Counted from the first letter of the whole stretch, positions 46,805-57,859 are shown. The stretch: DNA of 61,734 bases, filler included, from a bacterium (GCA_026985515.1; 9 parts of 9 records of this genome joined end to end with filler, not necessarily neighbours in it), one strand, 5' to 3'. Numbers and translations are program-made. Notes: generated from the sequence alone by a model not told the origin.

Positions 46805-47617
46805 ATGAAGAAAGTAAAAGTGTTGTCCCTTGTAATCGTTGGTGTTTTTTTCCTCAACAGTGCGGTACTATTTTCAAAGGATGTGGCGCAGTTAATCAAA
46901 GAAGGTGACGAACTCTATGTAAAAGGTGGTGAGATTTACTGTATCGTACCTAACTGTCTGGATCTCTGGAAACAGGCAATGGAGAAGTATAAGGAAGCTC
47001 TCAAGATTGATCCCAACAATTATGAAGCGTGGTGGAAGCTGGCCAGGGTATACAGGCAGTATGGCGACGAGATACAGTCAAGGGGTATTCTCAATAACAA
47101 ACCCTGGAAAGATATAACAGATAAATATGCGAAACTTGGCATGGATGCAGCACAGCATGCGATCAAAATCAATCCCAACAGAGTTGAGGGGTGGCTGATG
47201 TATGGTCTGAATGTTGGGTTACATTCAGATGCAGTGAGTGTGCTGACGGCCCTTCGTGAGGGACTGAAAGGCAAGACTCAGGAGGCTCTTGAGAAGGCTT
47301 ATAAGATTGACAAAGATTTTGATGATGGCAGACCAATACTTGCACTGGGAAGGTTCTGGACAGTTCTTCCCTGGCCATTGAGAAAGTTGAGCTACGGGAT
47401 AAAACTTTTGAGAGAGGGAATAGCCACTCACGGCAATGGTAAATGGGGCACAGGTGGGTCCTACACTTTCCAGCTTTTTCTTGCAGAGGCTTTGATTAAG
47501 GACGGCGGCAGTAAGAATGAGGCTGAGGCAAAAAAGCTTCTCCAGGAGATAATCCAGAAGTGTCCCGTAAAGATAACTGTTTACAAGGCAAAGAAGTTGT
47601 TGAAGGAACTTGAATAA
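46805..47617 (+). CDS. Exported TPR-like protein, paralog of 37879-38712
   Basis: GGAGG RBS, signal peptide, IDPNNYEAWWKLAR, VEGW...AYKIDK...LGRFWTVLPWP. Confidence 0.65.
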   Translation: MKKVKVLSLVIVGVFFLNSAVLFSKDVAQLIKEGDELYVKGGEIYCIVPNCLDLWKQAMEKYKEALKIDPNNYEAWWKLARVYRQYGDEIQSRGILNNKPWKDITDKYAKLGMDAAQHAIKINPNRVEGWLMYGLNVGLHSDAVSVLTALREGLKGKTQEALEKAYKIDKDFDDGRPILALGRFWTVLPWPLRKLSYGIKLLREGIATHGNGKWGTGGSYTFQLFLAEALIKDGGSKNEAEAKKLLQEIIQKCPVKITVYKAKKLLKELE

Positions 47618-47656
47618 ATTTTGACATAAGGTAAAATTTCTGGTAATTTCCTTAAT

Positions 47657-48155
47657 ATGATGAAAAGGTTGGTTTTGATTCTGTACCTGCTGATTCCCGC
47701 TCTGGTCCAGGCTTTTACACCTGAATCAGAGCTTCTTGTTATTAAGGGAGTAGCTCTTATCAAGAGGGGTGACCCCCTTGCCATCATGATGCTGAATCAG
47801 GCAATCTCAGTTGACCCCCAGAATCCTGCACCTTATTACTATCTTGGTTATTTCTATATGAAACAGGGTGACATTGAAAATGCCATAAACTCCTTTGAAG
47901 CTGCCAAAAGTCTTGACAGCGAAAACAGATACTATCCTCTCTATCTGCAACTGGGTAAGCTCTATCTTTTAAAAGGGGAGTTCAGAAAGGCCCTTAATTC
48001 TCTTAAAAAGTATTTCCGCTTTGTCAGCAGTGATCCCATTGCTGAATTTTACCTTGCTCTTGCTGACATGTATGTAAATGGAAACCTCGAAGAGAAAATC
48101 TTTGACAGAGCTTCACTTCTTCTTCCTGAATTGAGGGATGTGGCAAATTACTTAC
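47657..48155 (+). CDS. Exported TPR protein, 3' truncated
   Basis: Signal peptide; DPQNPAPYYYLG..Y..QG...AI..F TPR. Confidence 0.75.
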
Positions 48156-48255
48156 NNNNNNNNNNNNNNNNNNNNNNNNNNNNNNNNNNNNNNNNNNNNT
48201 TAATTAATTAANNNNNNNNNNNNNNNNNNNNNNNNNNNNNNNNNNNNNNNNNNNN
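48156..48255. other. Artificial contig linker
   Basis: N-run with TTAATTAATTAA. Confidence 0.99.
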
Positions 48256-48256
48256 A

Positions 48257-49399
48257 AAGGGGGTGGTCAGGGACTTTTCCATTTATGAAGGAGTAATGAG
48301 GTCTCACCTGAGAATGACATATGAAAAACTGGCCAGTATTTTAGTTGAAGGAAATCAGGAACTGGCAAAGGAGTACGAAAAATTTATTCCTCTTTTTAAA
48401 CTCATGGAGGAACTCGCATGGATTCTGAGAAAAAGAAGAGAGGAGATTGGAAGTCTCGATTTTGATCTTCCTGAGCCTGAATTTATCTTTGATGAAATGG
48501 GCAGGATTGAAAAGATCAGGAAGCTCGAAAGAAACATTGCCCATTTTATAATTGAAGAGTTTATGCTCATTGCCAACAAACATGTGGCTATTTTTGTAAG
48601 TGAGAAAGGTTTTCCAATGCTCTACAGATGTCACGCTCCACCTGACGAGATGAAACTGGAATCACTTCGTGAGTTTTTGAAAATATGGGGATTTACTCTG
48701 CCCGAGAAAGTCAAGCCCAAACATCTTCAAAAAATTTTGAAAAAGGTGGAGGGAACCCCACACGAACATCTGGTAAACACCGTGATTTTGAGATCAATGA
48801 TGCATGCTGAATATTCTCCGGTAAACTACGGACACTTTGGACTTGCCTTCAAGTATTATACACATTTCACAAGTCCCATCAGAAGATATCCAGACCTGAT
48901 AGTTCACAGAATACTTAAGGATATCCTGCACAATAAAATGAGCGAGAGAAGGGTAAAGTACTGGAAGGAAAAATTGCCAGGAATAGCAAGGCACTCATCT
49001 GAAAGAGAAAAAATTGCGGAAAAGGCGGAGAGAGAGATCGTTGAGTACAAAAAAGTTGAATTTATGATGGACAAAGTGGGAGAGGAGTATGAAGGAATTG
49101 TAAGTGGAGTTTCTGGAGTGGGATTCTGGGTTGAATTGAAAAATTACTTTATTGAGGGATTCGTACCTCTCTATTCACTCACAGATGATTTTTACAGATT
49201 CTCCCCAAAAACTTATTCCATAGTTGGTATGAGGAGCGGAAGGAGTTTTCAGATAGGTGATGAGGTAAAGGTTAAGGTTGTAAGAGTCGACCTGACGGAG
49301 AGACAGATTGAGTTAAATGTGGTGGGAATTGAAAGAAGAAAAAGCAAAAGGAAAAAGGCAAGGAAAAAGAGAAGAAAGAAAAAGGGAAGGAAAAAATGA
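48257..49399 (+). CDS. rnr: Ribonuclease R, 5' truncated
   Basis: [15 protein letters not shown]...[15 protein letters not shown]1 domain, Lys/Arg-rich tail. Confidence 0.95.
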   Translation, partial: KGVVRDFSIYEGVMRSHLRMTYEKLASILVEGNQELAKEYEKFIPLFKLMEELAWILRKRREEIGSLDFDLPEPEFIFDEMGRIEKIRKLERNIAHFIIEEFMLIANKHVAIFVSEKGFPMLYRCHAPPDEMKLESLREFLKIWGFTLPEKVKPKHLQKILKKVEGTPHEHLVNTVILRSMMHAEYSPVNYGHFGLAFKYYTHFTSPIRRYPDLIVHRILKDILHNKMSERRVKYWKEKLPGIARHSSEREKIAEKAEREIVEYKKVEFMMDKVGEEYEGIVSGVSGVGFWVELKNYFIEGFVPLYSLTDDFYRFSPKTYSIVGMRSGRSFQIGDEVKVKVVRVDLTERQIELNVVGIERRKSKRKKARKKRRKKKGRKK

Positions 49400-50430
49400 T
49401 AAGGGAGGAGCTGGAGAGGATAGAAGATGAAATACTTCATCCTGCTGCTGTAAGAAGCAGTAAGACTCGTGGAAGGCTGAAGGAAGAGCCGCCTCACCCA
49501 TACAGAATGGCATTCCAGATTGACAGAGACAGGATAATTCACAGTAAATCGTTCAGAAGATTGAAACACAAAACCCAGGTTCTCCTTCACCCCATCGGTG
49601 ATCATTACAGGACGAGGCTTACCCATACTCTCGAAGTCTCCCAAATTGCCAGAACAATTGCAAGGGCTCTGAGATTGAATGAGGACCTCACAGAGGCCAT
49701 TGCACTGGGACATGATCTGGGTCATACACCCTTTGGACACGCAGGGGAAAGTATCCTCAACGAACTCTGTCCGGGAGGATTCAAACATTATGAGCAGAGC
49801 CTTAGAGTGGTTGATCTCCTTGAAAAGAATGGGGAAGGCCTCAATCTCACCTGGGAAGTGCGTGATGGAATTTTAAAACATTCCAAGGGGAAGGGACCAA
49901 TTGTTGGTCCAGGGGCTGAAAAACCTGAAACTCTGGAAGGACAGATCGTCAGAATTTCTGACATAATTGCCTATGTGAACCACGACATAGATGATGCCAT
50001 AAGAGCAGGAGTTATAAGAGAAGATATGTTGCCCCGGGATTGTGTGAAGGTTTTAGGAGAGAGATACTCTGAGAGGATAAACACAATGGTAACAGATGTG
50101 ATAAATGAGACCCAAAAGAGAGATTATGAAGAAATATCACTTTCACCTGTAATGCTTGAAGTCATTGAAAAATTGAGAGATTTTCTTTTCAGAAATGTTT
50201 ATGAGACAGAGGTGATGATAAGGGAATTTGTGAAGGCAAAAAAAATTTTAAAAGAGCTTTATGAATTTTACGAAAATAATGCTAAAATATTTGAGAAAGA
50301 TGCGGGAAATTTCGGTGTAAAAGAGGGAAACTTAAAGAGAAGGATCTGCGATTTCATAGCGGGAATGACAGATGAATATGCTCTATACGAGTATCAGGAA
50401 TTATTCATACCTTCAAGGTGGAAACTGTGA
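49396..50430 (+). CDS. dgt: dGTP triphosphohydrolase-like HD protein
   Basis: [52 protein letters not shown]. Confidence 0.93.
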   Translation: MIREELERIEDEILHPAAVRSSKTRGRLKEEPPHPYRMAFQIDRDRIIHSKSFRRLKHKTQVLLHPIGDHYRTRLTHTLEVSQIARTIARALRLNEDLTEAIALGHDLGHTPFGHAGESILNELCPGGFKHYEQSLRVVDLLEKNGEGLNLTWEVRDGILKHSKGKGPIVGPGAEKPETLEGQIVRISDIIAYVNHDIDDAIRAGVIREDMLPRDCVKVLGERYSERINTMVTDVINETQKRDYEEISLSPVMLEVIEKLRDFLFRNVYETEVMIREFVKAKKILKELYEFYENNAKIFEKDAGNFGVKEGNLKRRICDFIAGMTDEYALYEYQELFIPSRWKL

Positions 50431-50441
50431 TAGGAGGTTGA

Positions 50442-51707
50442 ATGCCCGGGGAAGGTAAAATAAGAAAAATGCCATTTCTGCGGGTATTTTTCAATACTTT
50501 TGACGAGTTTCTTGATGCCTATGCCCAGTATCTTTCAAAGGGTGGGATGTTCATAAAAACTCCCGTTAAATTGCAGGGTGGAGAAAAAATCAAGATTGAA
50601 ATGAAATTAAAGAGTGGTCAGCCCCTGCTCAGAGGAATTGCTGAGGTGGTCTGGGAAAAGGTTGAAGGTGGAAAGACAACAGGAGTCGGAGTAAAGTTCA
50701 TACAGTTAACTCCTGAAAGCCTGAAATTTGTGGAGAATGTGGTACAGAAAAAGTTGAAGGAGAAGGAGGAAAAGCAGTCTGTAGAAAAAGAAATTCTTCA
50801 GGATGAAAAAGTTCAGGAGGAGGAGATCATTGAAGAACCGGAGGTGATAGAGGAACCTGAAGAGGTTGTGGAACCTGAGGAGGTGATAGCTCCGCCTGAA
50901 GAGGAGAGTAAGGGAGATTTCCTCGCTCCACCAGAAGAGGTTGAGGAGGTTGTGGAGGAGATTCCCCCGGAAGTGTCTGAAAAAGGGGAAAAGGAGCCAG
51001 AAAAAGAGGTAGAGAAGAGCGAGACTGTGGAGCCCGTTGATGAGTTTGCAATAGATGAGGAAATTGCCCCCTCCCAGGGTAAGAAAAAGATTGTGCCTAT
51101 AATACTGCCAATCATTCTTGCTGTGGTTGTTGCTGCAGGAGCAGGGTTCCTCTTCCTGAGAAAATCACACAAAGAGGTTCCTGTGGAGACAGCGGCGGTC
51201 AGCGGTAAGAATATTCCTTCAGGGGTAGTTCCCGGGGAGAATCTTCCAGAGGAGAATGTTGAGAAAACTCCTGCTGTTACTCCTGTCACAGCAGAGGTGA
51301 AGAAAGAGGAGTCTGCTCAATCAACAGCAAAAGAATCATCAGGGGGAAAGAATGCAGCAAAGAGTCTCCCTGAAGCCGCTGAAACCAGGGCAGCCTCAAG
51401 AATAGTTGATATAAAAGTTGGAAATAGGGAAAGTGAAGTTATTCTGGATGGTAAAATTGAGAAAAACAGGGTGAGAATTATAGCACTTAAAGGTGGTGTG
51501 GGAAATTATCCGAGAGTGGTGCTGAAGATAAAAATTCCACAGAGAAAGCTTGACAGATGGGTTGTGAGGGGAAAGGGAAAATTGAAACGGATAAGACTTG
51601 GGATTCACCCCCCGGAAGTGTGGCTTGTGCACGACTTTTTAACAGGAAAACATCCACCTCGTTGCAGAATCGAAGTTAAAGATAACAGGATAATTCTCAG
51701 GTGGTAG
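50442..51707 (+). CDS. Bitopic protein: PilZ (TIGR02266-like) domain, acidic linker, TM helix, periplasmic AMIN-like domain
   Basis: F...Y..YLSKGGMFIKT...AEVVW...GVGVKFIQL; Glu/Pro-rich linker; TM IVPIILPIILAVVVAAGAGFLFL; PRVVL...KRIRLGIHP..VWLVHD. Confidence 0.7.
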   Translation: MPGEGKIRKMPFLRVFFNTFDEFLDAYAQYLSKGGMFIKTPVKLQGGEKIKIEMKLKSGQPLLRGIAEVVWEKVEGGKTTGVGVKFIQLTPESLKFVENVVQKKLKEKEEKQSVEKEILQDEKVQEEEIIEEPEVIEEPEEVVEPEEVIAPPEEESKGDFLAPPEEVEEVVEEIPPEVSEKGEKEPEKEVEKSETVEPVDEFAIDEEIAPSQGKKKIVPIILPIILAVVVAAGAGFLFLRKSHKEVPVETAAVSGKNIPSGVVPGENLPEENVEKTPAVTPVTAEVKKEESAQSTAKESSGGKNAAKSLPEAAETRAASRIVDIKVGNRESEVILDGKIEKNRVRIIALKGGVGNYPRVVLKIKIPQRKLDRWVVRGKGKLKRIRLGIHPPEVWLVHDFLTGKHPPRCRIEVKDNRIILRW

Positions 51708-51714
51708 AGAAAAG

Positions 51715-51788
51715 CGCCCCCGGCAGGATTCGAACCTGCGACACCGGGATTAGGAATCCCGTGCTCTATCCTCCTGAGCTACGAGGGC
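51715..51788 (-). tRNA. tRNA-Arg (anticodon CCT), CCA not encoded
   Basis: Reverse complement GCCCTCGTAGCTCAGGAGGATAGAGCA CGGGA-TTCCTAA-TCCCG GTGTCGCAGGTTCGAATCCTGCCGGGGGCG. Confidence 0.95.
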
Positions 51789-51798
51789 ACCATAAAAC

Positions 51799-51826
51799 AT
51801 TATATCAAAAGAAGAGGGAGATTCAA
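51799..51826 (-). promoter_or_regulatory. Sigma70-type promoter for tRNA-Arg
   Basis: TTGAAT-16-TATAAT with TGn extension. Confidence 0.6.
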
Positions 51827-51830
51827 ATCT

Positions 51831-52787
51831 GTGAAAATAGTTTTTCTTGATGCAGCAACTCTTGGGAATGACATTGATTTCAGCATCTTTTATGATTTAG
51901 GAGAGGTGGTTCTCCATGAACTTACTGGTAAAGAAGAAACAGCGGAAAAGATCTCTGATGCAGATGTTGTGGTCACAAACAAAGTTGTCATTGGTGAGGA
52001 TGAACTTAAAAATGCTGAGAATCTCAAACTAATAGTCGTTGCAGCAACAGGTTATAACAATATAGATATTGAGTCTGCAAAAAGAAGGGGGATTGCTGTT
52101 TCAAATGTAAGGGGTTATTCCACCGAGAGTGTTGTACAGCACACCTTTGCCATGCTCTTCTACCTGCTTCACCATCTTCGCAGTTACGACGATTTTGTGA
52201 AAAGCGGGAAATACAGCGAATGGAAAATGTTCACGAATCTTGAATATCCCTTTCATGAGTTGAGGGAAATGAGATGGGGTATAATTGGTCTTGGCAATAT
52301 AGGAAGAAAGGTGGCTGAAAAGGCCTCGGTTTTTGTTAAGGAAGTTGTGTACTACTCCACTTCCGGGGTTATCAGAGATGAACCGGTTAAAAGGGTGGAG
52401 CTTGACACCCTTCTTGGAGAATCTGACATCGTTTCCATTCATGCTCCCCTCAATGAGAGGACCAGAAATTTAATTGACTATCCGGAACTGAAAAAAATGA
52501 AGAGGTCCGCAATCTTGCTGAATCTGGGAAGAGGTGGAATTGTGAATGAAGCTGCCCTTGCAAGAGCCATTGATGAGGGAATTATCTGCTGTGCGGGAAC
52601 AGATGTGCTTGAAAGGGAACCTCCACCTCCATCCAGCCCCCTTTTAAAGATAAAACACAGAGACAGGATACTGATAACGCCTCATATTGCATGGGCTTCT
52701 GTTGAGGCAAGGGAAAGGCTTGTTAACGAGATTTACGACATCATAATTAAATTTCAGAGGGGTGAATTCAAAAACAGGGTGGCATAA
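51831..52787 (+). CDS. D-isomer-specific 2-hydroxyacid dehydrogenase (glycerate dehydrogenase-like)
   Basis: ATGYNNID, GIIGLGNIG, SIHAPL, LNLGRGGIVNE, TPHIAWAS. Confidence 0.9.
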   Translation: MKIVFLDAATLGNDIDFSIFYDLGEVVLHELTGKEETAEKISDADVVVTNKVVIGEDELKNAENLKLIVVAATGYNNIDIESAKRRGIAVSNVRGYSTESVVQHTFAMLFYLLHHLRSYDDFVKSGKYSEWKMFTNLEYPFHELREMRWGIIGLGNIGRKVAEKASVFVKEVVYYSTSGVIRDEPVKRVELDTLLGESDIVSIHAPLNERTRNLIDYPELKKMKRSAILLNLGRGGIVNEAALARAIDEGIICCAGTDVLEREPPPPSSPLLKIKHRDRILITPHIAWASVEARERLVNEIYDIIIKFQRGEFKNRVA

Positions 52788-54748
52788 TGGTAAGGGAAGG
52801 AGAATGGATTTTAACCTCCGGTACGGGCGGATACGCCCTTGGCACCGGTAACTTTCTGAATGAGAGGAAGTACCACTCGCTTCTCGTGGCTCAGTGCTGT
52901 GGGAATAGAATAAATGTTGTTCCCACCCTGGAGGAGAAGATTTATCTTTGCGGTGGAGAAATCTATCTTGATTCCAACCACTATCCCTCCGTTATCTATC
53001 CCGATGGATGGCAACGGGTAATTGAAAACTGGCTCAGGCCCTATCCAGGTGCCATTTTCCAGATTGCTGAGGGTATTCAAATAATAAAAGAAGTGAGGAT
53101 GGTGGAGGGAGAAGATATCACCATTGTGTCATACAGGAATCTTTCCGGTGAACCTCTGAAGATGGAAATAAGGCCAAAATTTGCTCTGAGGAACCATCAT
53201 TTTCTGAATTCACCCGGATCCCTTGATGGTATCCATTTTACAGTTGTGGAAGAGGAACATGGGATTCTGGTAAGAAGGGAAGATACGGGGATATGCGGCT
53301 TTGTTGCAATTCCTGAAGGGGAATTTTCACAGGAGAGATTGATCTACAGAAATGTGCAGTACCCTGTGGAAATGGCAAGGGGTTACGATTCTGTGGAGGA
53401 CCTATTTTCTCCCGGGAAATTCTCCCTTGTTATTGACCCGGGAGAGGAAAAAAATGTGATTATATCTGCAAATAAGATAAAAAACCACCAAGAGGTTATT
53501 TCACTGGCAAAGAATAGGTATGCACCATATCCGAGGCCATACTTCATGAAAAGTGGAAAAGCAATAACAAAAGGTGAGTACCTGTTTGATCTTGTGGAGT
53601 ACCGCCAGTTGCTTCCCCTTATGGGTAAAGACTTTCTCTGCTGCGGCAATGATCTGGTTGCGGGATACCCATGGTTCTTTACATGGGGAAGGGACGCTAT
53701 GATTTCCCTTGGAGGGGTTAAGTACCTTGAAGGTGGAGAGGAATTCGGAAGGAGGGTTTTGAAGCATTACGCTGAGAAAATGAAAAACGGGATAATTCCC
53801 AATGTGATTTACGAGGATGGAAGTGGTAATTACGAGACTGTAGATGCCTCACTCTGGTTTGTAGTGAGAACAGGGGAATATATGAAATATGAATACCTTG
53901 AAGAAGGAATAAAATGGGTTGAGGAAGTTATCCATAACTACATCTGCAACAGGAATCTCAGATTTGTGTTAGACGCTGATGGATTGATAAAGATAAGGGA
54001 TTGTTCAACCTCCCTAACCTGGATGGATGCAAGGATTTATGATCTGCCTGTTACTTCAAGGTGTGGAAAACCGGTGGAAATTGAGGCTCTCTGGATCAAT
54101 GCCCTTGAAACTTACAGGAAGATGTTGAACGAAAATAGATATCTGAAAAGGAAGGTTGACAGAAAGGATGAATTAACACCTGAGAAGGTTGAAGAAGTAC
54201 TGCAGAGGGCAAGAAGCTCTATTTCAAAACTCTTTGATCCAGATACAGGGGAGGTTTTTGACAGACTTGACACAGAAGATAGACCTGTAAGGGAGACCAG
54301 ACCAAATATGGTGATTGCCGCCTCACTTCCCTTTGATGTTTTTCCCGAGGAAATTAACAGAAAAGTTATTGAGATCACACAGAGAGAACTCCTCACCCCC
54401 TATGGCCTCAGAAGTCTTTCTCCAGAATCTCCTTCATTCAGAAGAAAGTATGCAGGAAATCAGAGGCAGAGGGACCTTGCATATCATCAGGGCAGTGTCT
54501 GGCCCTATTTACTTATCTTTTATGCCAGATTGCTCCAGAAGGTTTACAGAAATGAAAGGGAAAGACTGAAAGAAATGCTTGAGGATCTTGTGTGGATATT
54601 CAGAGAGAAGGTAAGAAGAGGAGAATACGCATCCATTCCTGAGCTGTACGATGGGGAAGAACCTTCGGTTCCCCGCGGCGCTCCTGCCCAGGCATGGAGC
54701 GTTTTTGCCCTGATTGAAATTGAAGAGATGATAAGGAGGCTCATTTGA
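52787..54748 (+). CDS. Glycogen debranching enzyme (amylo-alpha-1,6-glucosidase type)
   Basis: EWILTSGTGGYA, AGYPWF..WGRDAMI, VDASLWF, LTWMDA, GKPVEI.ALW, YHQGSVWP, GAPAQAWSV. Confidence 0.92.
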   Translation: MVREGEWILTSGTGGYALGTGNFLNERKYHSLLVAQCCGNRINVVPTLEEKIYLCGGEIYLDSNHYPSVIYPDGWQRVIENWLRPYPGAIFQIAEGIQIIKEVRMVEGEDITIVSYRNLSGEPLKMEIRPKFALRNHHFLNSPGSLDGIHFTVVEEEHGILVRREDTGICGFVAIPEGEFSQERLIYRNVQYPVEMARGYDSVEDLFSPGKFSLVIDPGEEKNVIISANKIKNHQEVISLAKNRYAPYPRPYFMKSGKAITKGEYLFDLVEYRQLLPLMGKDFLCCGNDLVAGYPWFFTWGRDAMISLGGVKYLEGGEEFGRRVLKHYAEKMKNGIIPNVIYEDGSGNYETVDASLWFVVRTGEYMKYEYLEEGIKWVEEVIHNYICNRNLRFVLDADGLIKIRDCSTSLTWMDARIYDLPVTSRCGKPVEIEALWINALETYRKMLNENRYLKRKVDRKDELTPEKVEEVLQRARSSISKLFDPDTGEVFDRLDTEDRPVRETRPNMVIAASLPFDVFPEEINRKVIEITQRELLTPYGLRSLSPESPSFRRKYAGNQRQRDLAYHQGSVWPYLLIFYARLLQKVYRNERERLKEMLEDLVWIFREKVRRGEYASIPELYDGEEPSVPRGAPAQAWSVFALIEIEEMIRRLI

Positions 54749-54955
54749 GAGTGGTGATGCTATCATGGGAGTTTCCCCCTCTCCTTGCGGGGGGGATGGG
54801 GATGGCATGTTACGGGATGAGCAGAGCTCTTCTTGAAATGGGAGTTGAAATTGATCTGATTCTTCCAACAGAAGAAGATGTGTATTTCCCTCTCAGGAAA
54901 CCAGAAGATGTTGATATCCTGCCTGTAGAGAGTCCAGGTGGAAGAGTTATTGAAG
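54745..54955 (+). CDS. GT4 glycosyltransferase, N-terminal fragment
   Basis: MRVVMLSWEFPPLLAGGMGMACYG; TTGA overlap with the debranching enzyme. Confidence 0.85.
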
Positions 54956-55055
54956 NNNNNNNNNNNNNNNNNNNNNNNNNNNNNNNNNNNNNNNNNNNNT
55001 TAATTAATTAANNNNNNNNNNNNNNNNNNNNNNNNNNNNNNNNNNNNNNNNNNNN
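54956..55055. other. Artificial contig linker
   Basis: N-run with TTAATTAATTAA. Confidence 0.99.
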
Positions 55056-55057
55056 TT

Positions 55058-55468
55058 TACCTCAGTACCCCTGATTCTGGAGCACTTGTGGAAAACTATA
55101 TTAAGGATTGTCTTGACAGTGATCAGTATGGATTTTACAGTGGTGAAACTACTGAAGTTGACATTTCCAATAGCTGCTTGAGTGCTGTACTTCCCGCCGG
55201 TGCGTACTGGGTTGATGGGCACAACATCGTTATAAAAGAGGTTGCGAAGTTAACATCTGTGAGGTTAATTGATGCAGGATTTGATTGTGTATATGTGAAT
55301 GGAAATAATGATAGAATATGGGTGCATGATACAAGTGTAGATTACGACGTGAACGGCTTACCTCAGGGTACCTTTTCCAATTGCAATCCTGATAACATAA
55401 AGAAATATGTGGCTTATGAGGTTACGAACACTTATATAGTCCTTGTTGCAAAGGACTGGCAGCAGTAG
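55058..55468 (+). CDS. Hypothetical protein, C-terminal part (four Cys, Asn/Asp-rich; possibly extracellular)
   Basis: Frame open from the contig start; followed by a terminator-like hairpin. Confidence 0.55.
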   Translation, partial: YLSTPDSGALVENYIKDCLDSDQYGFYSGETTEVDISNSCLSAVLPAGAYWVDGHNIVIKEVAKLTSVRLIDAGFDCVYVNGNNDRIWVHDTSVDYDVNGLPQGTFSNCNPDNIKKYVAYEVTNTYIVLVAKDWQQ

Positions 55469-55477
55469 AGTAGATGT

Positions 55478-55500
55478 GGGGGGATATCCCCCTTTTTCTT
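55478..55500 (+). terminator. Intrinsic terminator
   Basis: GGGGGG-ATAT-CCCCC hairpin followed by TTTTTCTT. Confidence 0.65.
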
Positions 55501-55666
55501 GACTTTTTTTTTCTTTTAGGTTATTCTCAATGTAGCGATACTGATTCTTGGGATTCTTTCTCAGGTGAGTCAAAAATCTTAGATAAAAATCGCAGGGCAG
55601 GATGGGGTCGTATTTAGGTGTTTCATTCAGTTGAAATTTTTAACAGAAAAAGGAGTGGTGTGAGCT

Positions 55667-56926
55667 ATGGATCTCGCAGAGTTAAAGGTTAAATCTGTCT
55701 CCGAATTGATGGAAATGGCCCGGGAACTTGACATCTCCCACGAAGAAATAGCCAACATGAGGAAGCAGGAGCTGATTTTTGCCATCCTCAAGGCTCTGAG
55801 TGACAAGGGTGAGGTAGTGTATGGTGAGGGTGTTCTGGAAATTATGAAGGATGGCTACGGATTTCTCAGGTCTCCCGAATCAAATTACCTTCCTGGTCCA
55901 GATGATATATATGTTTCACCCACTCAGATAAGAAAGTTCAATCTGAGAACGGGGGATTCTGTTTTCGGACAGATAAGACCTCCCAAGCAGAAGGAGAATG
56001 AGAAGTATTTTGCACTCCTGAAAGTGGAAAAGGTAAACTTCATGGATGTCTCCTACGCCAAGGATCGTCCCCTCTTTGATAATCTCACACCCCTTTACCC
56101 CATGGAGAAGTTCAATCTTGAGATTGACCCTGAAAATTACTCACTGAGGGTTATGGATCTCCTTACCCCCCTTGGCAAAGGCCAGAGGGCACTGATAGTT
56201 GCCGCTCCGAGAACAGGTAAAACTGTTTTACTCCAGAATATTGCCCATGCGATAGAGAAGAATCATCCCGAAGTGTATCTCATTGTTCTGCTTATTGATG
56301 AAAGACCGGAAGAAGTTACAGATATGAAAAGGTCGGTGAAGGGTGAGGTAGTGAGCTCCACCTTTGATGAACCTGCAGAGAGACACACCCATGTGGCTGA
56401 GATAGTTCTTGAGAAGGCAAAGAGACTGGTGGAAACAGGTAGGGATGTGGTTATCCTTCTTGACAGTCTGACCAGGCTTGCAAGGGCGTACAATGCCATT
56501 GTTCCACCCAGCGGCAAGGTCCTTTCAGGTGGTGTAGATTCCAACGCACTCCACAAGCCCAAGAGATTCTTTGGGGCTGCAAGAAATCTTGAGGAAGGGG
56601 GAAGTCTCACAATAATTGCAACAGCTCTCATTGAAACAGGAAGTCGTATGGATGAGGTGATCTTTGAAGAGTTCAAAGGAACAGGAAACTGTGAAATTCA
56701 CCTCGACAGACGCCTGAGTGACAGGAGAATTTTTCCCGCAATAGATATCATAAAATCTGGAACAAGAAAGGAAGAATTACTCCTCGACGAGTTTACCCTC
56801 CAGAGAGTCTGGCTCCTCCGAAAAGTGCTCACTCAGATGAATCCTGTAGAGGCAATGGAGTGGCTTCTGAGCAAAATGAGGGGAACTAAGAGCAATAGAG
56901 AATTCCTCCAGATGATGAATCAGTAA
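55667..56926 (+). CDS. rho: Transcription termination factor Rho
   Basis: [51 protein letters not shown]. Confidence 0.98.
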   Translation: MDLAELKVKSVSELMEMARELDISHEEIANMRKQELIFAILKALSDKGEVVYGEGVLEIMKDGYGFLRSPESNYLPGPDDIYVSPTQIRKFNLRTGDSVFGQIRPPKQKENEKYFALLKVEKVNFMDVSYAKDRPLFDNLTPLYPMEKFNLEIDPENYSLRVMDLLTPLGKGQRALIVAAPRTGKTVLLQNIAHAIEKNHPEVYLIVLLIDERPEEVTDMKRSVKGEVVSSTFDEPAERHTHVAEIVLEKAKRLVETGRDVVILLDSLTRLARAYNAIVPPSGKVLSGGVDSNALHKPKRFFGAARNLEEGGSLTIIATALIETGSRMDEVIFEEFKGTGNCEIHLDRRLSDRRIFPAIDIIKSGTRKEELLLDEFTLQRVWLLRKVLTQMNPVEAMEWLLSKMRGTKSNREFLQMMNQ

Positions 56927-56962
56927 AAAATGCTCTATAATTCCAGATACTTAAAGAAAAAC

Positions 56963-56999
56963 TTGACAATACACCTTGAATATTGTATACAATATACAA
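56963..56999 (+). promoter_or_regulatory. nuo promoter with overlapping palindromic operator
   Basis: TTGACA at 56963, 17 nt, then TATACA inside palindrome ATATTGTATACAATAT (56980-56995); 25-mer identical to 16748-16772. Confidence 0.8.
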
Positions 57000-57017
57000 C
57001 AAATTCGGGAGAATCAG

Positions 57018-57374
57018 ATGACCTGGAATGCTGGTGCAATACTCATTTACATGCTGCTCATCATTGCAATGGGACTGGGGCTTCTCTTCGGAAATCTACT
57101 CCTCGGACCCAGAAGTAATAACCCCCACAAAGCTGATGAGTTTGAATGCGGTTCAGAGTTAAAAGACAGGTCCCGAAAGAGATTTAACGTAAAGTATTAC
57201 CTTGTGGCACTCATATTCATCATTTTTGATCTTGAGGTTGTATACCTCTATCCATGGGCAGTTCTTTTCAGAAAACTCGGTTTTTTTGGAATAATGGAGA
57301 TGCTTGTTTTCCTCGGTATTCTTGTCATAGGGCTTGCCTATGTGTGGAAAAAGGGAGCTCTCGACTGGAGGTAA
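57018..57374 (+). CDS. nuoA: NADH-quinone oxidoreductase subunit A
   Basis: FECG, YYLVALIFIIFDLEVVYLYPWA, WKKGALDW; GGAGA RBS before ATG 57018. Confidence 0.95.
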   Translation: MTWNAGAILIYMLLIIAMGLGLLFGNLLLGPRSNNPHKADEFECGSELKDRSRKRFNVKYYLVALIFIIFDLEVVYLYPWAVLFRKLGFFGIMEMLVFLGILVIGLAYVWKKGALDWR

Positions 57375-57386
57375 TGGAGTAGGATT

Positions 57387-57857
57387 ATGAGTATAAATAA
57401 TCTTGAAGGATCTGTAATAACAACAAGGTTTGATAAATTTCTGGGATGGGCAAGAAAGTGGTCTCTTTTCCCCTACCCATTTGTTACCGCCTGTTGTGGA
57501 ATGGAATATATGGCTGCTGCAACCTCATTTTACGATCTTGACAGGTTTGGTGCCCTCTTCCCAAGATTTACACCCAGACAGGCAGATATGCTGCTTGTTG
57601 TGGGTACCATTACCCATAAACAGGCTCCCATTCTCCTGAAAATTTACAATCAGCTTGCTGAGCCCAAGTGGGTTGTTGCGTGGGGCGCGTGTGCTGTCAG
57701 TGGAGGATTTTACAGGAATTATTCAGTAGTTCAGGGCATTGACAAAATAATACCTGTGGATGTTTACATCCCTGGATGTCCGCCGAGACCGGAAACTGCC
57801 ATAGATGCCATAATGAAATTGCAGGAAAAGGTTCTGAATCAGAGACATGAGATATAA
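57387..57857 (+). CDS. nuoB: NADH-quinone oxidoreductase subunit B
   Basis: [30 protein letters not shown]. Confidence 0.96.
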   Translation: MSINNLEGSVITTRFDKFLGWARKWSLFPYPFVTACCGMEYMAAATSFYDLDRFGALFPRFTPRQADMLLVVGTITHKQAPILLKIYNQLAEPKWVVAWGACAVSGGFYRNYSVVQGIDKIIPVDVYIPGCPPRPETAIDAIMKLQEKVLNQRHEI

Positions 57858-57859
57858 AA

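Noticed and set aside
50815-50960. GAAGAACC/GAGGAGGT short repeats
   Set aside because: Explained by the Glu/Pro-rich linker of the encoded protein.
6893-55055. Eight regularly spaced TTAATTAATTAA motifs inside N-runs
   Set aside because: Artificial 100-nt linkers; the regular spacing reflects contigs sorted by length. ORF-track tails such as XXXLIN are artefacts.
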